Source: Octopus sinensis
Lineage: Eukaryota
NCBI RefSeq assembly: GCF_006345805.1
Contig: NC_043010.1
Coordinates: forward strand, 29,140,001 to 29,204,000
DNA length: 64,000 nucleotides
Reading direction: 5' to 3'
The notes under the pieces are model-generated. The model did not search any database. It was not told the DNA's origin and saw only the letters and a program-made list of their open reading frames with translations. The position numbers and the translations under genes were made by a program. Numbering within the stretch: position 1 is the stretch's first letter; each line of letters opens with the position of its first letter. Of this stretch, positions 1 to 13,204 are shown piece by piece.

Positions 1-1484
1 GGAAACCCCACCTTTCAACGTGACATGGAGCATTCTGGACAGAGCGGCACCATACAGGCATTGAGCACACAGGAATAATTTTAAATGCAATCTTTGCCTA
101 TTAGAGAAACTGTATATTTTATTCAAAGACAATAATTCTTTGAATCAAAGAAGTGAGCTGATGAACTTATGTAGACACGCAACCAAATTTAAAATGTCAA
201 ATATAAATATACCATATGGATATGGTATATATTTTGTATTTTTGATTTTTGAAATTTTGATTTTGACTCTTGGACTAGTATGTAAACGCGACGATGGATT
301 TGTTTCGCGCTATGCAGATTTCATTCCGTATAGCAAAGTCTCATGCATATATTTTGTTTATATTTCTACATATACCTTAGGAAAAACCTTCGGCTTTGTT
401 TATTTCATGTTATTGTACTGTATAGGATTACTTTGATTTTTAATTTATAGATGATCCAAAATAGGGTGTTATATTTTATATGTCTTTCGTATATTTTTCA
501 TTATTGCACTCACCATTTTTTTAAAAAAGCAATGTTGTCAAAAATTAGAATTTTGATGTAAATATGTGTATAGCCATGGATATGTATTTGTAAGCATGCG
601 TCTCTGTGTATGTGTAAGTGAGCGTATGCTTGTGCTTAAGCACACACATACACGTCTGTATGTGTATGTATCCATTTGAACTTGTGTGTTTGTATACTTG
701 TCTCTCTATATATGTCAATAACGTGGTTACACAGCTTGTATACATAATTTTTCCTATTTCGTTTTTCCCCACCCCTCCTTTTTTCTTTTTTCCTTCCCCC
801 TTCTTCGTTCCTTTTTCTCTCTCTTCCTTTCTTTGGTTTTTTTTTCTTACGTCCCCCTCACTTACTTGTCTTAAGCTTTGCTCCGTAAATAAGGAACGCT
901 ACATTAGCATCGATGATTTTAACTTGTGTGCGAGATAGATTGCGTATATATATGCATGCATGCATTTGTGTGTATATTTTAGATTTATATTTATACGTCT
1001 GTATATGTATGGCGTTTGCACGCATCCTTCTGTGTATGTTGATATATATATATGTACACTTTAATATGAATATTATGCATTTTAATTTCTATGTATTAAT
1101 TATATTTCCTTCATTAACGTCAATATGTATTTTATTCAATGTAAGGTTTTTCCTCGAATTTTATAATTTTTATAATTTTTTAAAAAATATATATACATAT
1201 ATATTTTTGAGCTCATTTTTTGTTTATCGCTCGAAGATTGACCGTTATTTCTAAAGGGCCAATCAAACAAGTCCATTTTTTAAAGGTGTAGCGTTTGTAA
1301 GAGTCTGGATTGAATTGATATATCGGTTCCATTCTAACAAAAACTGTCTGATGAACGGCAACGAGAAACTCAGAGTAACAGATTTTGTTGAATTTTCTGC
1401 TGCTTTAAATAAAGCATATTACTCTACCACTGGTATTTGAGTACTCTTTTTTTCCACCTTGTTTCACATTTATGTGTTTACTCC

Positions 1485-1539
<55 letters not shown>

Positions 1540-2125
1540 GTATGTATATATAGATTTCTCTCCCCGTTTTTTCGTTCTCTCTCCATTTTTTCCCTCTCGT
1601 CCCTTCCTGTCGAAGAGCATTGGCTCGAAACATCAAAGACTTTTCCAGTCTTCCCAAGCGTCAAACTAATACACCTACTTGTTGTTCCCTCGTCCGTCTT
1701 CGTCTTTTGTTTTCTGCAAATTTGAACTATATATATTCGATGTGTGTGTGTGGTGTTCGGGTTAAATTTGACAGTTTGCATAAAAGGAAAAGAAAACATC
1801 TTATTCAAAAGTAAAAGTATTTTAATTTATCAAAAAATACCAACTAGATTATGGCTGGGAGATAACAGCTTTCCCCATGCCTCAACACGGCTCCAGAACT
1901 TGGTACATCCATTCTTCATTGTGTTCCTGGGAAAATCTTCGAACATCTCTTTGATCTTGGCCACCTGTTCCAACATGTATTAATGTTTTTTTATATTTTT
2001 CTCCCCATAAATTCATTTAATGGAATGATGATGCATCCAAGGGTGATCAATTGCTGAGATTTAAGTAAAAAAACTTTTTGTACTTTAAATTCTTACACCC
2101 AATGTGCGCGCGTGTGTGTGTAAGA

Positions 2126-2668
2126 ACTTCACCATTCAAACTGACAGGAAGATAGATGCAAATAGACCAGACATCATATTGAAAGTCTTCTGAAAAAGTC
2201 ATGCCGCTTCATTGATATGACTGTCCCAATCGATATAAACGTATCTGTCAAGACCTACCAAAAACTGAGCAAATATAAAGATCTGGAAATAGAAATCAGC
2301 AAAATGTGGAACTTGAAGACTAAAACAATACCTGTTGTCTCAGGTGCCATAGGAATGATAGCAAAAGGGGCTGATTACGACCTAGCTCAGATACCAGGAA
2401 ACCCCAAAATAGCAGAAATTCAAAAGATAGTGCTCATGGGAACTGCCCATATCCTACGCAAAATACTTTCTATGTAAACTCAAGGTTTAAAACAAACACA
2501 TAATTTTCTTATGGTTTCTTAAACATTCTCTAGAACAACAAAACCAAATATATGGCACCCTAGGTATAACGCCAGCATGAACTTTCAACTTGTTGTCTCT
2601 TGAGGTCTCTGGGTGAGACTTGGAACCAACTTGTACAAATGTAAAACAAAAGTCAAACATAAGATATA
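2126..2668 (+). mobile_element. R4/Dong-like non-LTR retrotransposon, 3' fragment (restriction-like endonuclease and 3' UTR)
   Basis: ORF 2217-2477 MTVPIDINVSVKTYQKLSKYKDLEIEISKMW; near-identical to 44601-45165 (-); followed by (AAT)n/(AAC)n. Confidence 0.85.
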
Positions 2669-3934
2669 ATAATAATAATAACAACAACAACAACAACATC
2701 GAAAAATACCTTAGGAACGAGAACCCAGGTTCGAAATTTCCCCATCAGCTGAAACGTTGTGTTAACAACAAACAAGATGAGGAAAAACATCCGTCAAATG
2801 TAAATAATGTACAAAATTCCTCATCTCTTAAATATAGAACTGTAGGAACTTTGGGCTTGGGCACAAACAAGAACACCCTTCCTGATCAAATCTACCTTCT
2901 ACGTTTTACCTTCATCAGCCAATTTAGTCCGGTGGAACATACAAACAACTGATGAATGTAGATGCGGAGAGAAAACGACGGTGAGACATGTTCTGTCAAA
3001 CTTCAGGCGTCACAATCAAGTCCTCGGTGTCATAAGCGCAGCACTCGAGGAGAAGATCGAGGGATATAATAGGGGAGAGTACCCAAAAGTGGAAAAGCGC
3101 GGAAGGATATACTTCCGTTCGTTGATACTGCATCGAAGAAACCAAAGAACAAAAGAAAAGAGGAGAAAAAGACGCACTCAACACCAGAGCTGAAGACACC
3201 ACCAAAAGGGGGGAGCGCCTCGTCGAAAACGGAAGGGGAGTAGGGGCCGAAACCGGACGTGGTTCCTGCTGATGATGTCTTTAGCCAATGAATCCTATAA
3301 AGGAGCTGTTGAGGTAGCGAACCACGAAACGTGGTAGGAATTCCTCAGACTCTCCAGTACCTGTGTAATCGATACGGGTTAAGTCTAATTTGAGCAGCCC
3401 CAAATATTTATGGCGGGCGATGAAAATATTTTAAACGAAAGAAATGATTTTTTGTTTTTTGTATTTTTACACAATCGTACAAATTCGCCAAAAAAATTTC
3501 TAAAAATACCAAAAAGTGAAGAAGTTATGACCGCTTACATGGCCTGCGTTGATATAATAGCAGTGTGCATGAGCGAATATTTTTAACTTGTTGAATTTGG
3601 ACTTTAAGGATTTCAAAGATTATTTTGAAATTATAATCAAATGATAGATTCGGACTGTCCGTATTTTAAAACTATGATTATGAAAAAAATTTTTTTTTTA
3701 ATTCGAGAAAGAGTCGAAATTTTAGGATTTATGGGGTGGAGGTGGGAGTGGGAGGTTTCAAAAATTAAAAATAAAATTCCTATTTTTGTATTATATCATG
3801 AATTCCCATGTGTGAAACACAAATTCGCAAAACTTTTCTGAAAATTCCAAAAGATAAAAAAAAAGTTATGAGGGGTTACCTGGAGTTCTTAAATCAGAAC
3901 TCAGCATGCTAACGATTCTGCCAGCTTAACGCCT

Positions 3935-3999
<65 letters not shown>

Positions 4000-4029
4000 A
4001 TAATAATAATAATAATAATAATTCTATTA

Positions 4030-7000
4030 TTGGTCACAAGGGCTTACATAAAACAACATGAAATGACAAGACAGTACGATACAACGGGTTTTAAAAACGT
4101 GTAAACAAAAATAACAATTACAATTAAACAAATAAAACTCCCAATAGGGGGGAAGCGCTTTAAGGCTACTGGTTGGAAAAAAACCCCACAAAACCACGGT
4201 TGGCCTGACCAACAGAGTAAGAGCCTTCTCATTTTTTTTCTTTTTCACGGGCGCATATTCAAGATAGATCCTTTCACACTAACTATTTTCCAACATTCAC
4301 TCACCTTTCAACAAACTTCCTAGGAGATAACACTTCCCTCTCCAACCTCACTTTCCTTTTGAAGCAAAACTTGAAAAAGTTGATGAGGGCTTGGCCAAAG
4401 AGGAAAGTATATGTCTTCGCCCACTTTCAAGTGTGTCCACCAACAACCTTTTTCGCTACAGTAACCAGACAAATGAAAATTGCCAGTCCCTCCCAGCTGA
4501 AGGAGGGTGGCGGGTCAATCCTCACTATAGATTTAGTCGATAGCTGGATCCGATTCAGTCTATCGCTGGATCCGTCCTACACGTGACAGCAGGTGTTCGA
4601 CATAAACCCTCAGGTCAGCAATGTTCGGACACTGGAAGAGTGCGTGCAGAACAGTTTGGGCGCTCTGCGCGCACCTCGGAGAGACTCGGCTGACGACACT
4701 TCCGTGCCTGTAAAGCTTATCTCGAGCAGGCAGCGCCTCCGCCTCCGGTAGCTCTGCCAGAAGTTATCCATAGGCACCTGCCCCTAGTAAGCTAATCATC
4801 GTTGACGCCCAGAGTTTCCTCAAGAACGGCGTCGCACTTTCCCTCCATTAGCCTTCAATAGAACACTAGAGTCATCATCATCATTGTTCGACCGTGGTCG
4901 AGACAATGGAATTTACTATGTTACGCCAGACTTCACGGTCCATCATAGCATTACGGAGGTCCTGTTGCTGGATGCCTGTATCCCTGGAGATTACATCAGG
5001 GTAGGAGAGTGTGCGCCCTCTGGTATTGCGAGTAGATGGCTTCCAGAGGAGAAGAGTAGAAATTACTTCTTTTTCAGCTCTACAACAATGTCCAGCAAAC
5101 TGGACTCTCCTACCTTTCACAAGAGATGACACAGGTGGCAATTTCCCATATATTTGCATTTTGGTTGGATGGCGCTTCCACGAGAGATTTTGAGCTCTCA
5201 TAAGGAGGCGAGTGTAGGTTCCATCCAACCGCCTCTCAAGCTTCTTTGATAACGTCCAGGTTTCTGAGCCATATAGTAGAATTGGTTCGACTGTGGCTTT
5301 GAATATTTCAAGTTTGAAGTCTCTACTTAGATTTGATGACCAGATCTTATGCATGTCATTACAGGCTGACCAGGCCATACCCTTTCTAGTTAGAAAGTCT
5401 TTTCCAGATGATGATATGTATGACCCAAGATATTTATAATCAGAAACCATATTTAAAGGCGCACTGTTGAGAGTGTGGATGATGCAATCACTGTTGGACA
5501 GGCACTTCTTTATGTATTCAGTTTTGGCCTCATTGAGGTAAAGACCTACACAATTTGAGGCTTGTTCAAGAGATTGTAAAAGAGACTGGACAGTCTCTCT
5601 TTTACAGTCTCTTTTATACTAGAGTGGTACTGCCCAGTCTCTCTTTTACAGTCTCTTTTACACTAGAGTGGTACTATCACCGACCGCATTACCTGACCTG
5701 CAGAGAACTGCGAGCGCTTGACGACACTCGAGGTGCCAAGTTCCCCGCCTAGGTCTGCGCATAATACAGTATTGTAGCTCTGGCAAAGAGACGAGCTGTG
5801 AGAGAACCAGTCTAAGGAGCGGCGACCACACATGTTCACCGTCAAGGAAACGCTAGAGATGCTGCAGACTGAGCTCATACCTGCGCATCAGTAACCACAG
5901 CATGCCCAAGCTCTCGTTGAGCGGCTGTTGACTGCAGATGGAGCGCCTGACCAGCGGAAGGTACCCTTCCACAGAAAGTGGAAGAGTAAGCACACCAGCT
6001 TCGTCAGCCAACAAATGGGGCAAGGGACGACGATGCGATGTACACATTCGCCACCTCATCTCAGCCTTTCAGGACAGCTTCCTCTCTGCTCATTTCTGGG
6101 CTAGATCGGCCACCCTGCTCGTAACTTCGTCAAGCTTTTCTCCACCTGGAGGTCCGGACCGAACCAGACCCCGAGCAATTTAACCGGTCCGTCTGTCCAG
6201 CGTCCCACGACGCTGTTGGACATCTTGGACATGCCTCTCCAGGTTCCGAGCTGCAAGCCCACTGATTTTTCCGCGTTAATCTTTGCTCCAGACACCGTTT
6301 CATATTCTTTTTGTGTCGCGCTTATCAGGTTTATGTTCCTGTGCCTCGACACTATGACGGTGACATCGTCGACATAAACCTTCACGGTTCTCCTACATCC
6401 TAAATCTTGCGGGACGCCCCTCAACGCTTCCAGTTTCCAAGAGTCAGTATGTACAGAAGAGACGAGAGTGGACACCTTGACGGATCGAACGCAAGATGCT
6501 GAAAGGTTCTGACAGCTGACCATTCTCCTGTACTACCGAGCAGATGCCGCTATAGAGAGTATCGATCCAACTACAGAAAACTGGACCGAAACCGGCCGCT
6601 GTGAGAACAGTCGCTAAATATTGGTGGTCGACTCTATCGAAGGCTGTAGGTTGATCTAAATTGATTAGAGCCCCGCCCATGCCAGCTTCGTTTCCCACCT
6701 TCTCTATGATGTAGCGCAGGAGGTGGAAGTTGTCGTGGATAGTCCTTCTTGGTATGGCGCATGTTTGCGCATCGCCAATCAGCTTCTCCACGACAAGCGC
6801 CAACCTCTTGTCTAACAAATAGGTCAAAATCTTCAACTCTGCATCGAGCAGAGTGATGGGCCTGAAATTTTCTATAACCTCCTCCTTGCTTGAGATCTTT
6901 CTCAGCAGTGCCACCACCCCTCGACAAACAAAAGTTGGAATTATCCCATTCTGTTACAAGTTGCGGTAGACATCTGCTAAGAGGCGCGCAAACAAGTCTG

Positions 7001-9026
7001 GCATAGAACAATAAAGTTCACAGTGTAGGCCATCCAAACCCGGCGATCTGCCTCTCGTGCAGCTCTTCATCGAATCCCGTACTTCCGCGGCTGTTATCGG
7101 CCTTTCACAACACTCTGCCTCACCCGCCGTGAGTTGCAGTAGGCCGTCCAGGCAGACACCGAAATCTGCCCTGCTATCCGTCCTACCACGTGTCCCAAAC
7201 AGTCGAGCAGAGTGCTGCTGGAAATCCGCACACATCTGCCTCGGTTCAAGCATTACACGCCCATTTTGGTCCGCCAAAGAACGAATGGTGGCTTTGTTCC
7301 CACGTTTGTCTCCACCATTCTGGCCCATCCAGTGGTTTTCGTTCTCTCCCTGCTTAGAGTACGTTCTTTAGCTCTGACATCACAACCTAAGTGTTTGACG
7401 TCAAAGTATTGATCGAGGACCAATCTCGCCGCCAACACGTCAATTGCGATGCCTTTTCTGAGTGCCTCATCTAACTTTCTAACTAAATCTTCCTTTAACC
7501 TATTTCTTGTTATCGATAAGGCCGTATTAAACCTAATGGATTCTACTCTAATTGCCCTTTTAAGAGCAAACCACATGTTGTTGTTGACGACTACCCCCGT
7601 CAATGCCCGCTTAATTAATACGCTAATCTGGTCTCTGTAAGCTTGGCATGCCGGGAGCGACGTGTCCAGCTGCCACTATCTGGGGCCCTGTCTACGAAGT
7701 CTATTTAAATTGACCTTACAGATCACAAATTTGTGTAGATGACCCGATGCGGTTTGTCCAAGTCCACATTGGCACATTCGGGCAATCTAGTCGGTACCTT
7801 CCAGACAGTTGAAAACGCCTGAGCATTTTGTGAGGCTTTTGCACCCGCCTCTCCTATCAGATAGCCAAATGTCCATTAAAGACAGTGTCCCAATCCCCTA
7901 CTAACACTATAGTTGTTCGAGACGTTCCCAGGAAAGCTTCCAGACGCCTGAAATAATCTGACCGCCCTGCTCTTGTCGGAGCATAAGTAACCACCAGTCT
8001 GAAGGCTCCATCGTTACTGCTGCTCACATCCAGGACCACCAAAGAACCTTCCGGATCCAAGAAGATTACCTTTATTTTCGGATCCAGGCATTTCTGGAAT
8101 AACACCGCAGTACCACCACCGACACAAAGATAGGTAGATCTCGTAACCACCGAAAAGGGGCTTGAAGGCCTGCAGGCCGGAAAGTCTGGATTACGCTAAT
8201 GGCTGCTACATCTACACCATGTGACCTTAGGCCGTTTAAAAGGTGTCCTTATTTCCAAGGCGACCCGAGGCCACAGGCGTTCAAACAATCCACTGTGAGC
8301 ACGGCCATGCTGAAAAAGTTATACTAGAAGAGAGCGCTACTTACCGCTGTTTTCTGGTGGTGTTGTCTCTTTGTTTTTGAATAGGTATTTCCACGAGAAG
8401 ATTTTTGAAAAATCTTTTGGAAATGTTTTTCTGAAACTGCCCAACAGCTTTGGGGTAATTTGATTTTATTGTGTTGTATGTGTGTTGTGATATTTTAAAA
8501 ATTTGTATGTGTGGTGGTGGTGTGTTGCTTGTCGGGAAAACATATTTTATTGTGATGTCTGTGTGATCTCTTCAATGGTTCATGAGTTCGATGTTATTTG
8601 TGTTTATGGCTATCAGGTTGGTAATGTTTGTGAAATCTGTTGGTGTTGGGATTTGTGTTCTTGTCTGTGTTTGTGGATGAGGCTGTAGTGCTGGTGAATA
8701 TGGTGTTGGTATTGTTGCTGTGTGTTGTGGTTGTGCGTTGCTGCTGTTGGTAAGTTCAGCTTCTTTAAGCCTTCCTCTTCTTTCTTTTATTAGTTCTGCA
8801 GTTTTCTTCGCTTTTGCTGGGGACTGTATGGAATTCCTCCTTTTTGACCTCAGTGCTTAAAAGGTTTGAGTTTTCCTGGTCGAGAAGAGGAATGTCTTGA
8901 GGGTCACTGCTTGATGTTACACTTGGTGGAACTGCATCTGCCAGTGCTGCTGCTGCTGGTACTCCGGCTGATGTTGAGGTTGCATTTTCATCTGTTGCTG
9001 CTGCTGCTATTGGTGGTGCAGTATTG

Positions 9027-9058
<32 letters not shown>

Positions 9059-10480
9059 GATGGCGTTGACGGTGAAAGTGATGTTATTGTTGCTGGTTGT
9101 GTGTGTGTGTTGCTGCTGTAGGGAAGTTCAGCTTGTTTGCGCCTCCACTTTTTCTAATACTTCTTCAGTTCAGTTTTTCTCTCTTTTTTTTGGTGAGGGG
9201 GGCACTGTGTGCTACCCTCCCCACTCTCGACCAGTCCGAGTTGGTTGGGTCGGGAAGGTAATGTTTTGTGGGTCCTGGACTTGTTGTGGGAGTTCATTTG
9301 TTACTGGTATTGCTATTGGTGGTGGTGGTAGTAGTCCCATGGATGCCGAGGCTTTTGGTATTGAAGCCTCAATGGTGGTGGTGGTGGTGGTGGTACCAGT
9401 GCTGCCCTTGGTGGATCGATCGCTGGTCCCTGCTACTGCTGCACCTGATGTTGGTGCGTGGAGGTGGCACTGACACTGGTGTTGGTAGTAGTGCTGGCCG
9501 TTCATCTCTTCTCCTTCTGGGGCAAGAGACCTTGAAGTTGTTCTTGCCACCACAGAGGTAACATCTCGGACTCCAGCCCTTTACGGCCACGTGTAGTTTT
9601 GTGCCGTCCGGCAGACTGATCGAATAGGCCATGAGTTCAATGCTCTCTTGTTTCAATTGGATTAAAAGCTCCATTCCCTGACCCGACCAAATTTGTTGGT
9701 GCAACTTGTGCACCTCCAGTTTTGTGGCGGTGTCCTTTATATCTATGAGGACTGCCTCCACCAGCCAGTATATATTTATTTCTGGGGGCACCTCCCCAAT
9801 TTTTATTTTTTGTTACGCGCCGAACAAGTTACGTCTTGATCTTTTAGTGGCACTGTTGAAGGGTGTCTTGCTTCTTGCTCTGTTGTGAAACGCACCTACA
9901 CAGTGCCGAAACGTTTCCCTCTCGTTACGTGCGTTTTTACATTCCGTTCTGACTTAAGTATTAGTTCAAGTTGCTCTTGTGTTGCTTGTTCTATTCTTTT
10001 TTGTGTGTGTCTATTCTTTTTTGTTTGTTTGTGTCTCTAATTATATCATTTGATGTATTTATCGCTATATTGTTCCTGTTTTTCCACTGCTACATTGTTT
10101 CCATTGTAACATTTAGGTTTTCCTTAATTTGCCTCGCTGCCGAGGTGGAACCGTTGACATGGCTTCTTGCTGCTGTTGTTCATGTGGTGGTGGCAATGTC
10201 AATGTAATTCTCTTCTGATTTCTTTCTTCTTTCCCCTCTTCCTCCTTCTCTCGTGCAGGAACAGTAGTGGTGGTGAGGGCGGGGAAGTCTTTGTCGAACT
10301 GGCTGTTCAACATCCGGATCTCACTCCCTCGCTCAGTCACCATTGTCTTTTTTCTTTTTTTTTCTTCTAAAATTTTCGAAAAAAATGCGCGTGTTCAGCC
10401 CTCAAAAGGGACCCTTTTCCGACAAAAACAGAAACACTAATACAACCCTGCAAAACACCTGAAAAATAGCTTCAAAAAAT
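4030..10480 (-). mobile_element. L1/Tx1-clade LINE, near full length but frameshifted (ORF1 with zinc knuckle, APE endonuclease, RT)
   Basis: ORF1 fragment SLPDGTKLHVAVKGWSPRCYLCGGKNNFKVSC (9369-9791); APE fragments (IVLVGDWDTV, 7857-8150); RT fragments (NFRPITLLDAELKIL, LINLDQPTAFDRVDH, VYVDDVTVIV). Interrupted by an RTE at 4873-5659. Confidence 0.85.
4873..5560 (-). mobile_element. RTE-clade LINE, 5'-truncated, nested in the Tx1-like element
   Basis: ORF 4881-5450 YKYLGSYI...PILLYGSETWTL...QFAGHC; (TGA)n 3' tail; 10-bp TSD acactagagt at 4863-4872 and 5660-5669. Confidence 0.88.
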
Positions 10481-10939
10481 CTGGCTATGATGCCCCCCCC
10501 CCCACTACTTCTGCTTGTGATCAGAGTATTTTAAATTTCCTTTAAAATAACTTGGAAAACTTACATATCAGTTTTCTCTGGCCGAACACACAAACGATCA
10601 TCTTTAAAAACTTTAATATCCACAACTTTTTGTAAATATTTATCCTTTTCTTTCTCCCTGAATATTCGAAAATTTAAACATCCTTTTTATTGCAAACGAT
10701 CATCTTTAGAAATTTAGAAATTTTAATATCTATAATTTTCTGTGAAAATTTAATCCTTCTTTTCTCCCTGACTACTCGAATATGTAAACATACCTTTTAT
10801 TGCAACAACACTATTAAACATACGATAAAACTTAAGGAAATTAACAACTGCCAATATATACAAACTGCGCAATTACGAAAACTGTAAACCACAGCAAAAC
10901 CCATTAAAAGAAAAGAAAAAGTCAACGATGTCAATATCA

Positions 10940-10986
<47 letters not shown>

Positions 10987-11921
10987 ATATATATATACAT
11001 TGTTAATTTTTTTCTATCAGTAATTAAAACAGAACAAGGTGAGTTGGTTCTTTGCAAGGCCAAGATCAGCGATCTCATTGATCGCTAGTAGTAGTAAACA
11101 TATTTGACCTCTGCTGATCGCTTCTTGTGTTTCCTGATGCACAGGAATGCGAAGCCTCATTGTTGATCTCCTTTTCATCCTTTGCCGAACCTATTTACAG
11201 ACTTGTAGAATTTGGTCTATTCACCAAGCTGCTTCTCTTTCTTCTACTATCCACTCTAACCCTCACATATTTATGATTATCTCAAGTACAAGACAAAAGT
11301 CGAAACTAAACAACTTTTAAGAATACTATACAGTAGTAGGAGCAAAGACGGCAGGCTTAAATAAATAACGGTTATACTGTCACCATAGTTACTAAGGTTA
11401 ACTACAGCGATGCAAATCAAGGCATTATTAGAGGTAACTAACGATAAACAAAGCTGTAATGGCAAGGTTAAAGTAACTGTAATGGTATTAATGGCGGAGT
11501 TGTGGTAGAGACAACGACCGTCTCTACACCTACGCTGTCATTCACTGGCACAAACTCTTCTCTGAATACGAATCTGGGTGGTCAGTTGAACGGGAACTGC
11601 CACAATTCGAGCCCAAGTTCACCACCACACCCACCACTGAAGGAAAAATGTAAAAGGATCAAATGAACCCGAGAAGAGTACGCCTATTACTATGCATTAG
11701 GTAGGCCAACTGAAGAGATGACCTACCTAATGCATAGTAATAGGCGTGCTCTTCTTGGGTTCATTTGACTGCATGGCCGCAGTCAAAAGACTGAAACAAG
11801 TAAAAGAATAAAAAATACAATCATACACCCACACACATAATATACCTATATCAACAGGCATGTGTATATATATTTTTTAATATTATTATTAATCGCACTC
11901 TGTATATATATAATCATCATC

Positions 11922-11957
<36 letters not shown>

Positions 11958-12266
11958 GAGTGAGAGAGCAGTGCATGCCATCAAGTGACACTGGGGTAAA
12001 ATATACGAAGCCTAGTATACCCATCATGACTACCCGTCTGATAAGAGTACACTAGGCACATGCATCACAACCATATGTGCGCGACATGGTGATCTCATAT
12101 CAAGATAAACAGCACATAACTGGTGAGGCCCAGTTAGAATTTTCTTCCGGTCGAGTAGCCCATCCCACTCAAAAGGTCTCTGAATAAGGATTGTTTAAGA
12201 ATGTTGAACGAAACACCCATGTTTCCAGAGGTGAATTATTCAAACCCCAAAGAATCCCTCTCAACA
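11958..12266 (-). mobile_element. Partial copy of the ~555-bp non-coding (TAA)n-associated repeat
   Basis: Matches 50697-51010 and 51549-51860; abuts (ATT)n. Confidence 0.8.
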
Positions 12267-12556
12267 TAGGCTACTCACTGACGAACCTTGCCTGGGCAAA
12301 CATATTCTGTATGTTTTGCTAGAAAGAGGTAGAAACTGATCAGTCTGGGATACATCTATAATGGTAAATATTTTTGATTTTCATTCCTTTGATGAATTTA
12401 TCCCTGTTTGTGTTTCTAGCACTTGCTTCCTTATTTGGGAGCCTTTATTATATTTCTATACGAAAAATATATTGTCTAATGACTAATTCGTCTTTTGTGC
12501 TAAGCCACTGGTAATAATAACTTATGTTATTACCCTTTTTAATTATGTTTATATAT

Positions 12557-12599
<43 letters not shown>

Positions 12600-12882
12600 G
12601 ATGAGCTTCTTTCATCTCATGATAGTAAATTCGCGAGCACAATTCTCGGCGATGCGCTGTGTCCTTGAGCAAGACACCTTATTTCACGTTGCTCCAGTTC
12701 ACTCAGCAGGCGAAAATGAGTAGTGACTGTATTTCAAAGGGCCGGCCTTGTCACACTCTGTGTCACGCTGAATCTCCTTGTGTCTCCGGAGTGCTCAGTC
12801 ACATGCACATTAATTTCAGGAGTAGGCTGCTCCATTGATCGGATCAACTGGAACCCACGTCGTTGTAACCGACGGAGAGCCA
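12600..12882 (+). mobile_element. tRNA-derived CORE-type SINE (family 2), degenerate
   Basis: Contains gtccttgagcaagacac (CORE-like box); homologous to 18545-18880 (-). Confidence 0.65.
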
Positions 12883-12892
12883 GATGTAGTTA

Positions 12893-12945
<53 letters not shown>

Positions 12946-13172
12946 ACTCTTTTACTCTTTTACTTGTTTCAGTCATTTTGACTGTGGCCATGCTGGAGCA
13001 CCGCCTTTAGTCAAGCAAATCGACCCTGGGACTTATTCTTTGTAAGCCCAGTACTGATTCTATCGATCTATTTTGCCGAACCGCTAAGTGATGGGGACGT
13101 AAACACACCAGCATCGGTTGTCAAGCAATGCTAGAGGGACAAACACAGACGCACAAACATATACATACACAT

Positions 13173-13204
<32 letters not shown>

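Noticed and set aside
2735-2765. cagctgaaacgttgtgt, resembling a hammerhead 3' half
   Set aside because: No CUGANGA box upstream on that strand.
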